64,000 nucleotides of DNA from Octopus sinensis (taxonomy: Eukaryota), in assembly GCF_006345805.1 (NCBI RefSeq), contig NC_043008.1:46128001-46192000 (forward strand), read 5' to 3'. The translations under genes and the position numbers were made by a program. The notes beneath the pieces are model-generated. The model did no database searches. It saw only the letters and a list, made by a program, of their open reading frames with translations, and was not told the origin of the DNA. This document shows positions 39,820 to 52,439 of this stretch, piece after piece (position 1 is the stretch's first letter; each line of letters starts with the position of its first letter).

Positions 39820-40361
39820 TATATGAAAGAACTTGGAGAGTTTAGCACCAAACATAGTAATTGAAAGCTACAATCATAACCGAATTGGATCCCTCCACGA
39901 AGCCTCTATGTAGAGTAAGGATCCTGTACTGTAGGTAGGCCAGGTTTAAAGAACATAAAACCCTTTCAATTCCTTGCCAAAACACCTGAGACAAACCTTG
40001 GACAAATTGTTTTCTGAATGAACACACATCCCTGGACGAAACGCGAAAGCCACTCACGAAGGTAGAATCTGAGAGAAGTAGAAATCAACCACAGAAATAG
40101 TGAGTCTCAAAATAGCCACAACCTCTGGCTAAAAGAAATAAAAGCATGCTTGCACACACACACACACGCGCACACACACACACACACGTACGTATGTATT
40201 CATATATATATACATATATGTTCATCATAAATATGTAAGTGGGCACGTGAGTTTGTGAGTGCATTCTCTACACCATGGAACTACCATAAAGAGAATATTT
40301 TCATTAAGCGAATAAGAATATCTATGTATTTATCTATCTACATACACATATATATATATAC

Positions 40362-40421
<60 letters not shown>

Positions 40422-40434
40422 TTATATATATATA

Positions 40435-40470
<36 letters not shown>

Positions 40471-40750
40471 CATACATACATTTGTATATATATATATATG
40501 CACACAGACAGAAACACACGAACAGATATGTATATATTGACGTAAAATTATTATCTACTTTACAATTCCTGTCAACTTTGATGTATCATAATATAATTAA
40601 ATATATTGAAGTTTAAGTCAAGTAGATATACTGAAAAGGTCTTATTACAAAAATTATTGGTTTAGAAAATTAATAGGTATTGCTAGATGCATTAGTCTTA
40701 CAAGATCAGTTATTAAGATATATGACGTGTATAAGTACACACACACATTC

Positions 40751-40804
<54 letters not shown>

Positions 40805-42286
40805 ATACATATTTACACACGCAAACGCATCCATCCATCTCCAAAATATTTGTGGGTTTGTCTGTGAGAGAGTGTGGGCTTGTATACATATACTTACATA
40901 ACTTTCAAGTTACAGCTCATCTTGTGAGATCTACAACTTTGAGAACTATCCGTTAAATTTCCAAAGAATTATTCTTTGAAATTCTTGTGTCGGGGGTTTG
41001 TCTGCTATTTCCTGGCGGAATTTTTCCAGTTGCATCTAGAATATTATTGGTTCTTTTGTTATTGGGATTGTGATTGAGAGAGGCTGATTTATATAGTTGT
41101 ATTACAGTGTGGTTATATGATGTGAGTTCGATTTGTGGTATAGAAGGTGACACGTGGTACAGAATTCCAGTGTTAGAATTTGTGTGTAATATTTGAGCTG
41201 CAATGTAGAATTACTTAGGAAATACTTTTTATGTTATTAAAACGCGTCAGCGCTCAAAGTGACTTCGGTGGGAACAGAATCTGAATATTAGGAGCAAAGC
41301 GAAGGAATCAAAACCCGTTTTGCCATTATTTTCTAAAAGTTTTGAAACTCTGCATGGAATGAAGAGATCACATAGAACAACATTTTAAGTACAACGGTGT
41401 GGGGAATATTCTGAGGATGCAAGAGATTCTCCTGCGTGCCATTCCAATGTTATTACTACTGCTTATGTGGCTGGTTCAAACCGAAATTATTCTTGTCGAG
41501 TGTAATACTCTGTTATTATTAATTTCCGTGTGAAGTTCACTTGAAGCTGAGAGAAAATATTTGTTGCCATACTAGGTCAGCTAAAACGTTTCCCCGTCGC
41601 TTAATCCGTTGGTATCTTTCCGAATTTTAGCATCTTCTGCGATATTCTTATTTTGTTTTTCATGACATTTGCGATATCGTATATGAAAAATTAAGGAGAG
41701 AATTGGGAGCAAGAGAGTTCTTTGAAAATATCACTAGTGGCCGTTATTGGGTATGATTGGATTCTTTCAATCTCAACATGTTTGATTCAGCTCAACATTT
41801 AATCCTACTCAGCAGATCTCCAGTGTTAGCTTCGAAAACAAAATTTAGGCGTTGAATCAGATTTTGAAGCCATAAATGAAATTAAGATATATGTCACATG
41901 TTTGGATTCTAAATGCAAACAAAATATCGTTAAACCGATAATGAAGATATATTAAGCTGTCTCTGCCAAATCAAAAGTCATACTGGTTAGTATTTTGTAG
42001 ATACTTACTCAGCAAATCTGTCATTTTATTTTATCTCAATACCCTTTCCAATAATTGAATAATATTGCAGATAATATCGAAGAATAATTTTTTTCCAATA
42101 ACATATTTCTTGTTCTGAAAACTGACAGAATAAAATGTTAATGTATGTAGACTGCTGACACAAGACTTTTTTTTTTTACGAAAATTGTTTTGAATGTCTA
42201 TTAGAGCCTGCACGATAAATTCTACGAACCTTCTAGTTTAATGTCACTATTGGTTAACTCAACCATATGCGTGGCCGACACTCCCC

Positions 42287-42354
<68 letters not shown>

Positions 42355-42481
42355 CAATTAAGGACAACTACTTAATAAGGAAAACGTAACAAGAAATTGT
42401 CAGGTAGATAGCGTAAAAACCTCATAAGAGAAAAAATTTCGAAAATAATTATTTCTTATTGAACATATTAATTTATATATA

Positions 42482-42922
42482 GAGGGCATTATACATACAT
42501 GCCAGAAGGCATTATACATACATGCCAAACGCTAAGAGGGACAATTAGTCATTTCTACCAAAAATATTACTAATCCCACCGAATGCAATTTTTCAAAGTA
42601 AGACATTTAAAAAAATATAGACCTGTATCACAGTGATTTCATACTTACGTACTCATCAGCAGGCCTGAATGTATTATAAATAAACAACGACCCTGCCCCG
42701 CTTAAGCCGATCAGCTAACTGCTCAACATCAACGAAGCACATGGGTGAGTTTACATATATTACATCCGGATAAATGGCAAACTTTTACGAATTTTAAATG
42801 TCTTACTTTGAAGAATTGCATTCGCTGGGATTAGTAATATTTTTGGTAGAAATGACTAATTGTCCCTCTTAGCGTTTGGCATGTATGTATAATGCCTTCT
42901 GGCATGTATGTATAATGCCCTC
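42482..42922. mobile_element. 441-bp MITE-like element with 131-bp TIRs in a TA-rich site
   Basis: 42482-42612 vs 42792-42922 differ at 2 positions; termini GAG...CTC flanked by TATA. Confidence 0.9.
42619..42666 (-). ncRNA. Complete type I hammerhead ribozyme
   Basis: Minus strand AGGCCUG-CUGAUGA-GUAC-GUAA-GUAU-GAAA-UCAC-U-GUGA-U-A-CAGGUCU: 7-bp helix I (one G-U), intact core, GNRA-capped helix II, palindromic helix III, AUA site. Confidence 0.85.
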
Positions 42923-45859
42923 TATATATAAATTATATATATATATATGTCTGTTTCCTATACATTCTCAAGCGGCTCGACCAGATCGAATCAAATTTTA
43001 CAAGGTAATAATTTTCATTTGGATTAAAACAATATAAAAGTTTATCTAAAATAATTTTTTATAGTCAACGATAGTAAAGGACATTTCATACCACCACCAC
43101 CACCACCACGACATCACATTTTGCATATGAGTGTGTATGTGTTTGCAAGTGTGTGTGCCTGTGTATAAGAGTGTATGTATCTGGAAGAGTGTGTGCGTTT
43201 GCGCGTTCGTTACGTACATTAGGCCTCAAAAAATCAAGCGCACCCACATATATACAGATGTGATGGCTGACAAGTATGTGTGTGTGTGGCTATACATTTT
43301 TCTGATGACTGACACACACACATCTAAAGAGAGAAAGAGAGAGACATACACAGTGAGAGAGATAGGCCGTTACACAGAAAGAGAGAGAGAGAGGAGAGAG
43401 AGAGAGATACAATTAAAGTGTTACAACAATAATCCTACATGATCCCGTCCCAATAAATATGTTGATTATGAATCTGTCTATAACAGGATGCTTACGATTT
43501 ATGGAGGAGACATACTGAAATAAGTCTGTGCGTTTACCTGAGTGTAACACTATGGAGGTAGTTATATTACGGTAACTCCTTTATAGACCTTGCTAACCTT
43601 GTTTGTATTTGGTACTAAGATTGTGATTTTATATATAAGTACAGACTTTCATGATCGAATCCAAGCAGGAAACCTTTGTTTACTCGATTTCCTAAAATTA
43701 GCAACTGTTTTTCTCTGCAATGACAAATATTGTTTAATATGGTTGACAAATAGACGACTTGGTCATGGTTGGAATGTCTATAACCACATAAAATTTGAGC
43801 AGGGATTACTTAAAGATAAACAACAACCAAGAAATTCAAGATACCTGTTTACATGCATTCATATGAAATTTATATTTGTGTGACTGTGTAAAAAGTCTGT
43901 GATTAGAGGTTTAACGTTTCATAGGTGTTGAATTAAATGTATATTTATTTCAAAACGTCCCCAATTAGATGTGTATATAATCGCACAACATGTGTGCTTG
44001 CAAATAGGCTTTGCTTCGTCATTCTAATTAGAAAACAACAACCATCTATTCATTAGAAAGATATCCCTCTTATCCTGGCTTTTCGACACATACCAATTTC
44101 ATTTACAGCGTCTCAATAACATTTGCACTCCTTAAACATTATACCCTAAACAGGAGAACACAATATCCGCAGAATATATTCCACAGTTTAAGAAGGAAAA
44201 TCTTTGTGCAGATTTTGATCTTCTAGATATTGCAGTCATAATTATTTAACGTAAAACTTAGGAATTTACAAAAGATCAGGGTCGCTAATCCGAGAAAGCA
44301 GTTTTAGGTACAGCATACCCGAAGAGATGATAGGAAGTTAGAGCGAAATGACTAGCCTCAGTTAGGAATGATTTGGCACTAATCAACAACCACATGGGCC
44401 AGACTAGATGTAGACATTGTAAAATGAATTAATCTTCTCTTACTTACTTTGATTTACTGTCAACTGTTCGAGACTATGATTAATTTCCATTGAGTGAAGT
44501 TTGTTATACCTTAGTGCATGTTTTGCAAAACTTCTGTTCAAGGTTTTAATGAGCAAGTGATTTCATTTCCACGCAGATAACTTTGAGCGATATGGTTTAG
44601 TCGGATGTCTCAGTAAATACTTCCAAATCTCTCGGTTTACTGCTATTAACCACTATATTTTCCTCTATCCCCCTGTTTTCGTCACACCCTCACTCACATA
44701 ACATACATAAGTATACTATATAGAAACACATATATTCAGACACCAAAAATATCACTCTTACACGCACGCACCATCTTGACCAAACTCTCCTCACCACAAC
44801 AAAAGTAAACACAATAAGTTTTCATTATACAGGCATAGAATTTCTGACTTTACCAAACAGACATAAAAAAAAAAGAACTTTGTAATTTAATGCCCCACTA
44901 CTACGCAATTAGCCGCTGTCTACGGCTGAATCACCATAAAAATAGAACATCTTTTGAAATAGTTCATTTGATTGAAAACGATTTCGATTGCTGCAGTGTT
45001 GGCACGAATATTGGTTTCTGTTTCCAAAACGAAACTTCTAACGAGAAATTCACAATGGTGTTGACGGATTATATGTTCTTTGGTTTACATTGAAAATAAC
45101 ACTTCGTGAAACCAATCTCTCTCAATGTAATTTCTACATACATCTCACTCGTAGTTACACTCATACACACATTCACACACATAAAGGCAAATTCACACAC
45201 TGAGATATTCACAGTTGTATACATAACAATACATGGAAAATAATGCACCATTTGCATACATGAAACCGATTATATTATTCTTTTAATCTTGGCGTCTGGC
45301 ATTTTTCTTCAGTGACATTTATATTTAAAAAGAAATGGAAGCAACATTGAACTGATACAAACGCAGTATCGTGTTGAACTAATTGAACCACGTACATTTT
45401 CTCTCTCACTGGGAAATCGGACATTGGTAACTGTGAAATGAAATTATAATAAAAACATTTTAACGGAAAGATCCAATAAAAGTACAAAATAATGTTTACA
45501 AAATAGTACCAAAACAAATCGCAATATTGAAAGAATATAGCTAGAGACATTCAACCTACACGATAACTAACGATCAATAAACAAATATATAAGGAAGAAG
45601 TTTCAAGCAGAAGAAAACATGTTTTAAGAAGATTTATTTTCTTTTAGCAATTAAAAGAAACTGATAAATCATGTTTTAGCAAAATAGTTCCCTATTTTGT
45701 TGGGATTAATTTTATGAAGGATTTACAAGATTCTTTATTCTTTTTGCAAATTTTCTAGAATTATGTTTTAACATATGTTGAGAGTTTTCGCTGTTATTGA
45801 TAACATTAGCAAAATGGACCCCAGTCTGTTTCGATAATTCAGCGATTCGATGAACTGTA

Positions 45860-46000
45860 GGACTCACTCACTTTGGTTTATTGATTAGAATGTTGGACTC
45901 CTGACCGTAAGATTGTCGTTTCGATACCTGGATTGGGCAACGCATTGTGTGCTTGAGCAAAACACTTTATTTGACGTTGCTCCAGTTCAATCAAATGGTA
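45860..46000 (+). mobile_element. Degenerate tRNA-derived SINE
   Basis: GTTTCGATACC B-box-like motif and TTGTGTGCTTGAGCAAAACACTT body; related fragments at ~55315 and ~55990-56090. Confidence 0.5.
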
Positions 46001-47855
46001 AAAATGAATAATACTGCGAAGAATCGGGGAAAATAAATGCATCACAGAAACAGGCAGTGCATATGGCTGGAGAAAGAGCTATTCCCTATCGTTTTTAGGA
46101 GAGTATTTCACACAGATATGAGTTCGTTTGAAGTAATCGCGAAGTAGAATTACTGTTGCAATACAGGAGGTTTAGATGACAATTATAGTTTTTCGAGCCG
46201 GATTCCATTCTACCCGCTCTCACCCGTAGGGCTTAGATCGACTCATGGTTATTGTAAATTAAAGCTGCTTGACATATCACATTACGGTATCAAGACAGCA
46301 GCCTAAAGATTGTGGAGACTATTCCTTAAACATGTGGCTATGCTGCATCAATAAAATGTTGATATATCAGTATAATTTCGCTAACTGCCACAAGCCTCTA
46401 CAGCTAATGACTCGCAAATTCTCCTTGTAAAACACAGAAAAAATGGGAGACACCTAATTCCTTGGCGACAATGTCCCCCAGTGTCATTTTCTTTTGCTTT
46501 TAGCTTCATCTTTTCCTCGAAACTCAGACACTGCTGTATGTTTTGCCTCCTTCAATGCACTGAGCCAATATTGAAAAGATACAACAGAAGCCAGAGAGAA
46601 AGAAGAGAAGTACATTACAAAAAAGTAAACATGGATAGCAAAATAGCTGCAATAAAAGGAAAGCGAACGTTAAGCATTCATTCAAGGTTATGTGAGAGAA
46701 AACGATCTTTTAGACAAACAAACCAACACAGAATAATTTTATAAAGAAGGCAACAAAAATAAACTAGAGATCAATGCAGCACCAAAAACGAAGAGAAACA
46801 GAATATTGTGAAGGATTGCTGACATTACAGGAATGACCAGCCGCGAGATTACTCCAAACAACAAATGTAACACCTGACTAAACATTTCAGGGAATATCAA
46901 TTAAAGTTGTAATCCAGAAAACGAACAACTGAACGGCTGCAGGAAATGATAAAAGCACAGACTTCTGGTTGAAATATCAAACAAGCACATAGTGTTATCA
47001 GAAGTATGTCAATAGCATAGAAAAAAGTATCGAAAATAAACACCTGAGGGAAATCCTAAGTTCAATGAACCATGAAATCTACAGATTTATAATCTTCTTT
47101 CTCTCAGAAAACAAACGTCCATAACTGCAGTAATATACGAAAGAGAATATATATATATAAACCTGTTAGAGATTTGCGGTTTTACGCTTTCGAAAAAAAT
47201 ATTATTACAAAATTGAGAACAAACGAAATTGTACACACATACCGTACATGTTTCCAAAAATGAGAATACAACCATTCTATGTATCATGTTATTATATTCT
47301 GACGGAGTTCAAAGAGAATCGATTGAGTATTCTTGACAAGGATTTCTAGGCATGAAAAATGCTACCTTACCAACATCTTCGTCTCAACAGAAGATAAAAG
47401 AAACATACGAAAGGAATGGATAAACTATGCAGTTATAAACATCAGGAAATCAAGGTTATCTGAAAGTCGGATTGTAATGTGAAACTAAACGAACAGTTTA
47501 GTTTCAGTTTACTACATAAAGCTTTCAAACGAAATGAAATATGGAGAAATTTTGATAAGTAAGCGATCGGGCATATATTCATATATATCGCATATATAAA
47601 ATAGCACTCGGAAAACATGTCTACACTATGTGATCACACCACATACCATGCTTAATACAACAATACAAAAACATTTAAAAAACCACATATACTTAACATA
47701 CATAGGTTTTTCGGGAATCTGTTAAATTTTAGGTGTTATTTTAAAATATGACTACTGAGGCAGAAAATAATTTTCCCAAAACAATATCTATTCCCGACAA
47801 TCCAGGCAAAACTATCGCTCGGAATTAGATACACAGATGACTCAAACGAATACGC

Positions 47856-47859
<4 letters not shown>

Positions 47860-47899
<40 letters not shown>

Positions 47900-48240
47900 C
47901 ATAGATATACATATATATATATATATAAATATGTATCATAGATATACATATATATATATATAAATATATGTATCATAGATATACATTATATATATATATA
48001 TATATCATATATATATCATAGATATACATATTATATATATATATATATATAATATATCATATATATATCATAGATATACATATATATATGTCATATATAT
48101 ATCATAGATATACATATATCTATATGATATATCTATATATGATATATCTATATGATATATCTATAAATGATATATCTATATAATATATATATATATATCA
48201 TAGAGATACCATATATATATATATCATATATATATATTAC
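47860..48240. repeat. TA-rich minisatellite (ATCATAGATATACATAT-like units)
   Basis: Direct reading. Confidence 0.8.
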
Positions 48241-49726
48241 GGCATACATAATGTGTGTTGAAGAAGGGCGTCAAGAGTTAGACCTGCTAATTGTTCGTGA
48301 AGGCATTGTCAGCACGTTCTTTCTAATATTTTTTGAAAGATATAGTCTTATAGTATTATCTTATAGTCTTATACTATTAACTGAGATTATCTATATGAAT
48401 CTATACGCAAGAAAAAAACTGCAATATTCTTGTGCTGTAGAGATATGAGATAGAATTTGCAGAAGAATATTTGTGATAAAAGGAAAAAGTGGAATAGCAA
48501 TTATCGAAATTTTCTAGGTTAAAACGGAAATCAGAACAAATGACATCAAATTGCAGAAAATATTATTATAACGACATGACTGATTGTACGGTATTGATTG
48601 TTAATTCGGAGACCTAAATTTAAGTTCGCCAAGAAGATATAGAATTAGTGAATAGAACAATTAAGAGAATTCTCTAATTGTGTCTAATATTTACTAAAGA
48701 AACAAGGATTAAAAATATTGATTAAAACAGGAAGATTAATCAAATACAAGATGGTATAATAAGGTTCCCAGACGAATTCTGTAGCACATCAATAGATGGC
48801 AGCACACGGTTGCGTGTGCTGTGACAGCTTACACCGACCTTTGTGAGTCAATGTAAAGCGTAACATCGCCGTGTTTATATCACAAGTTGTAAAATTTGTG
48901 TTTTTCTCATCACGTGTATGCTGTAGCATTGCTCATGATTAATATTCGGAAATGGATTACAGGAAAAATATTGCAAGAAATTAAGTCACTTTGATCTCAG
49001 TCTTTCTATTACATCCATGTAATCCTTCTGAATTTCTCAGGTAATTCTGTTTCCACTCGTCTGTGCCATTCCTATTTCCCCTGATGTCGTGCATTACTAA
49101 TTTCCTACCAAGATATAATAAAATTTCAATTGTAACGTATGCGAATGCTTTGAAAATCCTAAAAGTATAGTGGTAAAAAAACTAAACTTCTATAATTGCA
49201 CTCGATGCAAAATGGTAGTCAATAAAAAAAAACAAGATGCTAAAATATATGGAAGGTGATAGTAAACCAAAAAAGAAATTAAAGAGCATACAATCAAATC
49301 CTTTACGACTAGGATACCATATTTAATTTTAGAGGAAAAGAAGCTAGTTTTATTTTAATGAATAAAAATATGCGTGAATGATGAAAGGAAGGAACTAGAA
49401 TCCTAACAACGCAGTCGCTTTAAATGCATTGACGAAGAAAAGAAATATTTTATTAATCAGGTATGACAAAAAAAAAATCAAATTGAAAAGGAGTGAACCG
49501 TTTGTGAAAGTATGGTTGCAGCTGCAATGGTTTATGATGTATTAACGTAAAACACAGAAAAATAAAGAAAAACGATTCTCTCAAAGAATATTCAAACGTC
49601 TGTTGACCAAATACCCTAAGCTCGTAACAAATGGATTGTCATCTGATACCATCACCATCAAAATCGCAGTTACACTATGAAATATCATATTAAATAATAG
49701 TATTATGCTTATTTGTTGTAATTGTT

Positions 49727-49764
<38 letters not shown>

Positions 49765-50204
49765 GGTGGTGGTGGTAGTAGTAGTAGCGGTGGTATTAGT
49801 AGTAGTAATAGAACAGCGTTAAGGCTTCTGACAAACAACTTGGTATTAGAGAACAGTTTCCTATTTATTCCCATAGAGAGATCATGTCTGAATATTAATC
49901 TTTTGAGAAACTAAATGAAAATATGTTCCAGACATCTCCATAACTAACAGTGAAACCGAAGTAAAAACGAGAAACTACGGAAAGAGGCGACGATTGAGGG
50001 CTAAATATTGAGTTTCATCTTAATAAGCATTCACAGAATCCAACATGAACAAGAGTTTAATCTAGCCTGGTGCTCAGTAAATGGGTGTGATCAGTAATAG
50101 AGTTAGATGAGCATTGATAAAATATGTTTTAGGAAATTTAACAATTAATAAATGGAAAACTCAGCGGGACAATAAACGTAATACGAAAAACCATTAGTTT
50201 CTTC

Positions 50205-50352
50205 GATACGTCCCCGTAACTTAGCGGTTCGGCAAAAGAGACCGATTGCATAAGTACTAGGCGTATAAAGAATGTCCGAGGATCGATTTGCTCGACTAAA
50301 GGCGGTGCTCCAGCATGGCCCCAAATGACTGAAACGAGTGAAAGAGAAAGAG
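50205..50352 (+). mobile_element. SINE family F, 3' fragment
   Basis: CCCCGTAACTTAGCGGTTCGGCAAAAGAGACCGA...GGCGGTGCTCCAGCATGGCC..AATGACTGAAAC. Confidence 0.75.
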
Positions 50353-50918
50353 CTATGCACTACAACAACAAAACTAATTGAATTGCAGAGAAAATATAGA
50401 AACATCCCTGTATTTGGGATGACAAGAACCGATATTCTGAAAGATATATCGATAATGCTTGAAATGTCATGGAAAATAAGAGAATATTGAATATATTGCG
50501 AATGGATGAGTGATTTCTATGCAGCTCAGTGGTACAGCACAGCGTTACAGATTACGTTTACTGTCGATAGAAAAAGAATCACGAAAGGCTTACATCTGGA
50601 AAGTCAAAGAAAGCCATTTTAAGTATGAGTTGGCCATCATAAAACACAACCGACGCTCAATAGTTACTATTCATAAAATAAGAATCCAAACCACGGTAAA
50701 AACGAGAAATGATAGAAAGGATTTGATCTCTATAAATTATGGACACAATTCAGCAATGTAATCTACATGTAATTTCATATAAATCAAAAGCACTTGTAAA
50801 GTTGACGGGGAGAAAATGAATGAATAAATGGAAGCAAAGGTCCTCAATTCTTTAGAAACTATAAATGGCGGAATAAGATGATAAATTACAGAAGCGAGAG
50901 ACTGAGAAACAAATAAAA

Positions 50919-51304
50919 GTGGCTCTGTGATAAGGATCTTGCTTCCCGACCACATGGTTCCGGGTTCAGTCACACTGCATGGCATCTTGGGGGAGTATCT
51001 TCTACTATAACCACGGGCCGACCGAAGCCTTGTGAGTAGATTTGGGGGACGGAAACTGTAAGAGCCCCGCCGTATATATATTGATATATACATTTATATG
51101 TGTTTGTCTTTGTGCTTGTATTTGTCCCCATACCATCACTTGACAACCGATGTTGGTCTTTAGCCTCCGGAACTTAGTTGTTCGTCAAAAGAGACGTATT
51201 GCACAAGTACTTGGCTTATATAAAATAAGTCCTGGGATCAATTTCTTCGACTAAAGAAACCCTTTAAGGCAGTGCTCCAGAATGTTTGCAGTAAAATGAC
51301 AAAC
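50919..51304 (+). mobile_element. SINE family F, near full length, diverged
   Basis: tRNA-like head (GGTTCAGTC), internal microsatellite, tail as at 50205. Confidence 0.75.
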
Positions 51305-51329
51305 AATTTTACGCATGTTTCACTTAGGG

Positions 51330-51500
51330 GCTATACAGTGTCATGGGCCCAAAATATGTTCAACTTATTGCCTAATAGGAGCCCGGACTAATCTCTTATG
51401 CTGTTTCCGTATTACGTGTCAAAAGTGAAAGAATATCATCTCAATTGTAAAGAGATACCTTCACTATTATATAGTAATTTCAATTACTGTCACTATATAT
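51330..51500 (+). repeat. Fragment related to the 5' region of the adjacent Helitron-like element
   Basis: CTTAGGG..CATGGGC.AAA..TGTTCAACTT.TTGCCTA..ATTACGTGT.AAAAGTGAAA is shared with ~52010-52130. Confidence 0.6.
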
Positions 51501-51582
51501 ATATATATAAATATATATATATACATATATAAGTTACATTTCTGTTAGTTTCACTATGTATTTATATACATATTTGTGTGTG

Positions 51583-51614
<32 letters not shown>

Positions 51615-52439
51615 ATAATATATATATATACATATACTAATTTAAGATTAGGTAGGGTATATAATATCACTTGCTAAAATCAGAGCCATTGCTACAAAAA
51701 CCACCATAAAAATTACGATAGACATACACACGAGCAATACCATGAGCATTTCAGAAATAGGTTTAGCTTTGCTTTGAATACACCGATAACTAATGTATAT
51801 TTCAATACCAATTGATTTCACGCATTGCATGAGAAACATGCTTTGCGATCTTCAGTTGAAAACAGCATTTAACATCTATTTCTAATATATACACTACGTT
51901 AGCTCGTGTGAGTTCTTTGCTTGACACATATCTTTATATATATAAAACTGAGAATGTCTGTCTGTCTGTGTGTTTCCCTAAAACCAATTTCATTCAAATT
52001 TTACATGCCTTACTTAGGGTCCATGTAGTTTCATGGGCAAAAAAAAAATGTTCAACTTCTTGCCTAGAGCGAGCCCATAGCAATATCATATCTTCTCCAC
52101 TATTTCATATTACGTGTTAAAAGTGAAACAAAAACATTTCTCTATTTTATATCAGATACTTTAACTTTAACAATAACAATAATAATAACAATTGAATTAT
52201 ATGTAGTAAGTAATAATTAAAATCAAACTAAAGTATAATTTAATCGTAACATAACAAAAGTAAAAATAGCAATTGGTATAAAATTGCATCAATGACTTGA
52301 ACTTGAATAAGTGGTTTCACATGAATGGGAATAAATTAAAAATAAAATTAGCGTGCAGAAATGGAATAGTCCAGATGGATAATAAAAAATTAAATTAAAG
52401 AAAAGACTATTGTCTATAAAGTATACAATGTAGAGAAAA

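Noticed and set aside
40953-41153. Minus-strand ORF vaguely like a PLE thumb region
   Set aside because: Similarity is too weak to call.
48790-48821. 9-bp perfect hairpin (CAGCACACG-GTTG-CGTGTGCTG) beside a CTCF-like TAGATGGCAG motif
   Set aside because: Single short occurrence; could be a transposon subterminal motif or chance, and no partner end was found.
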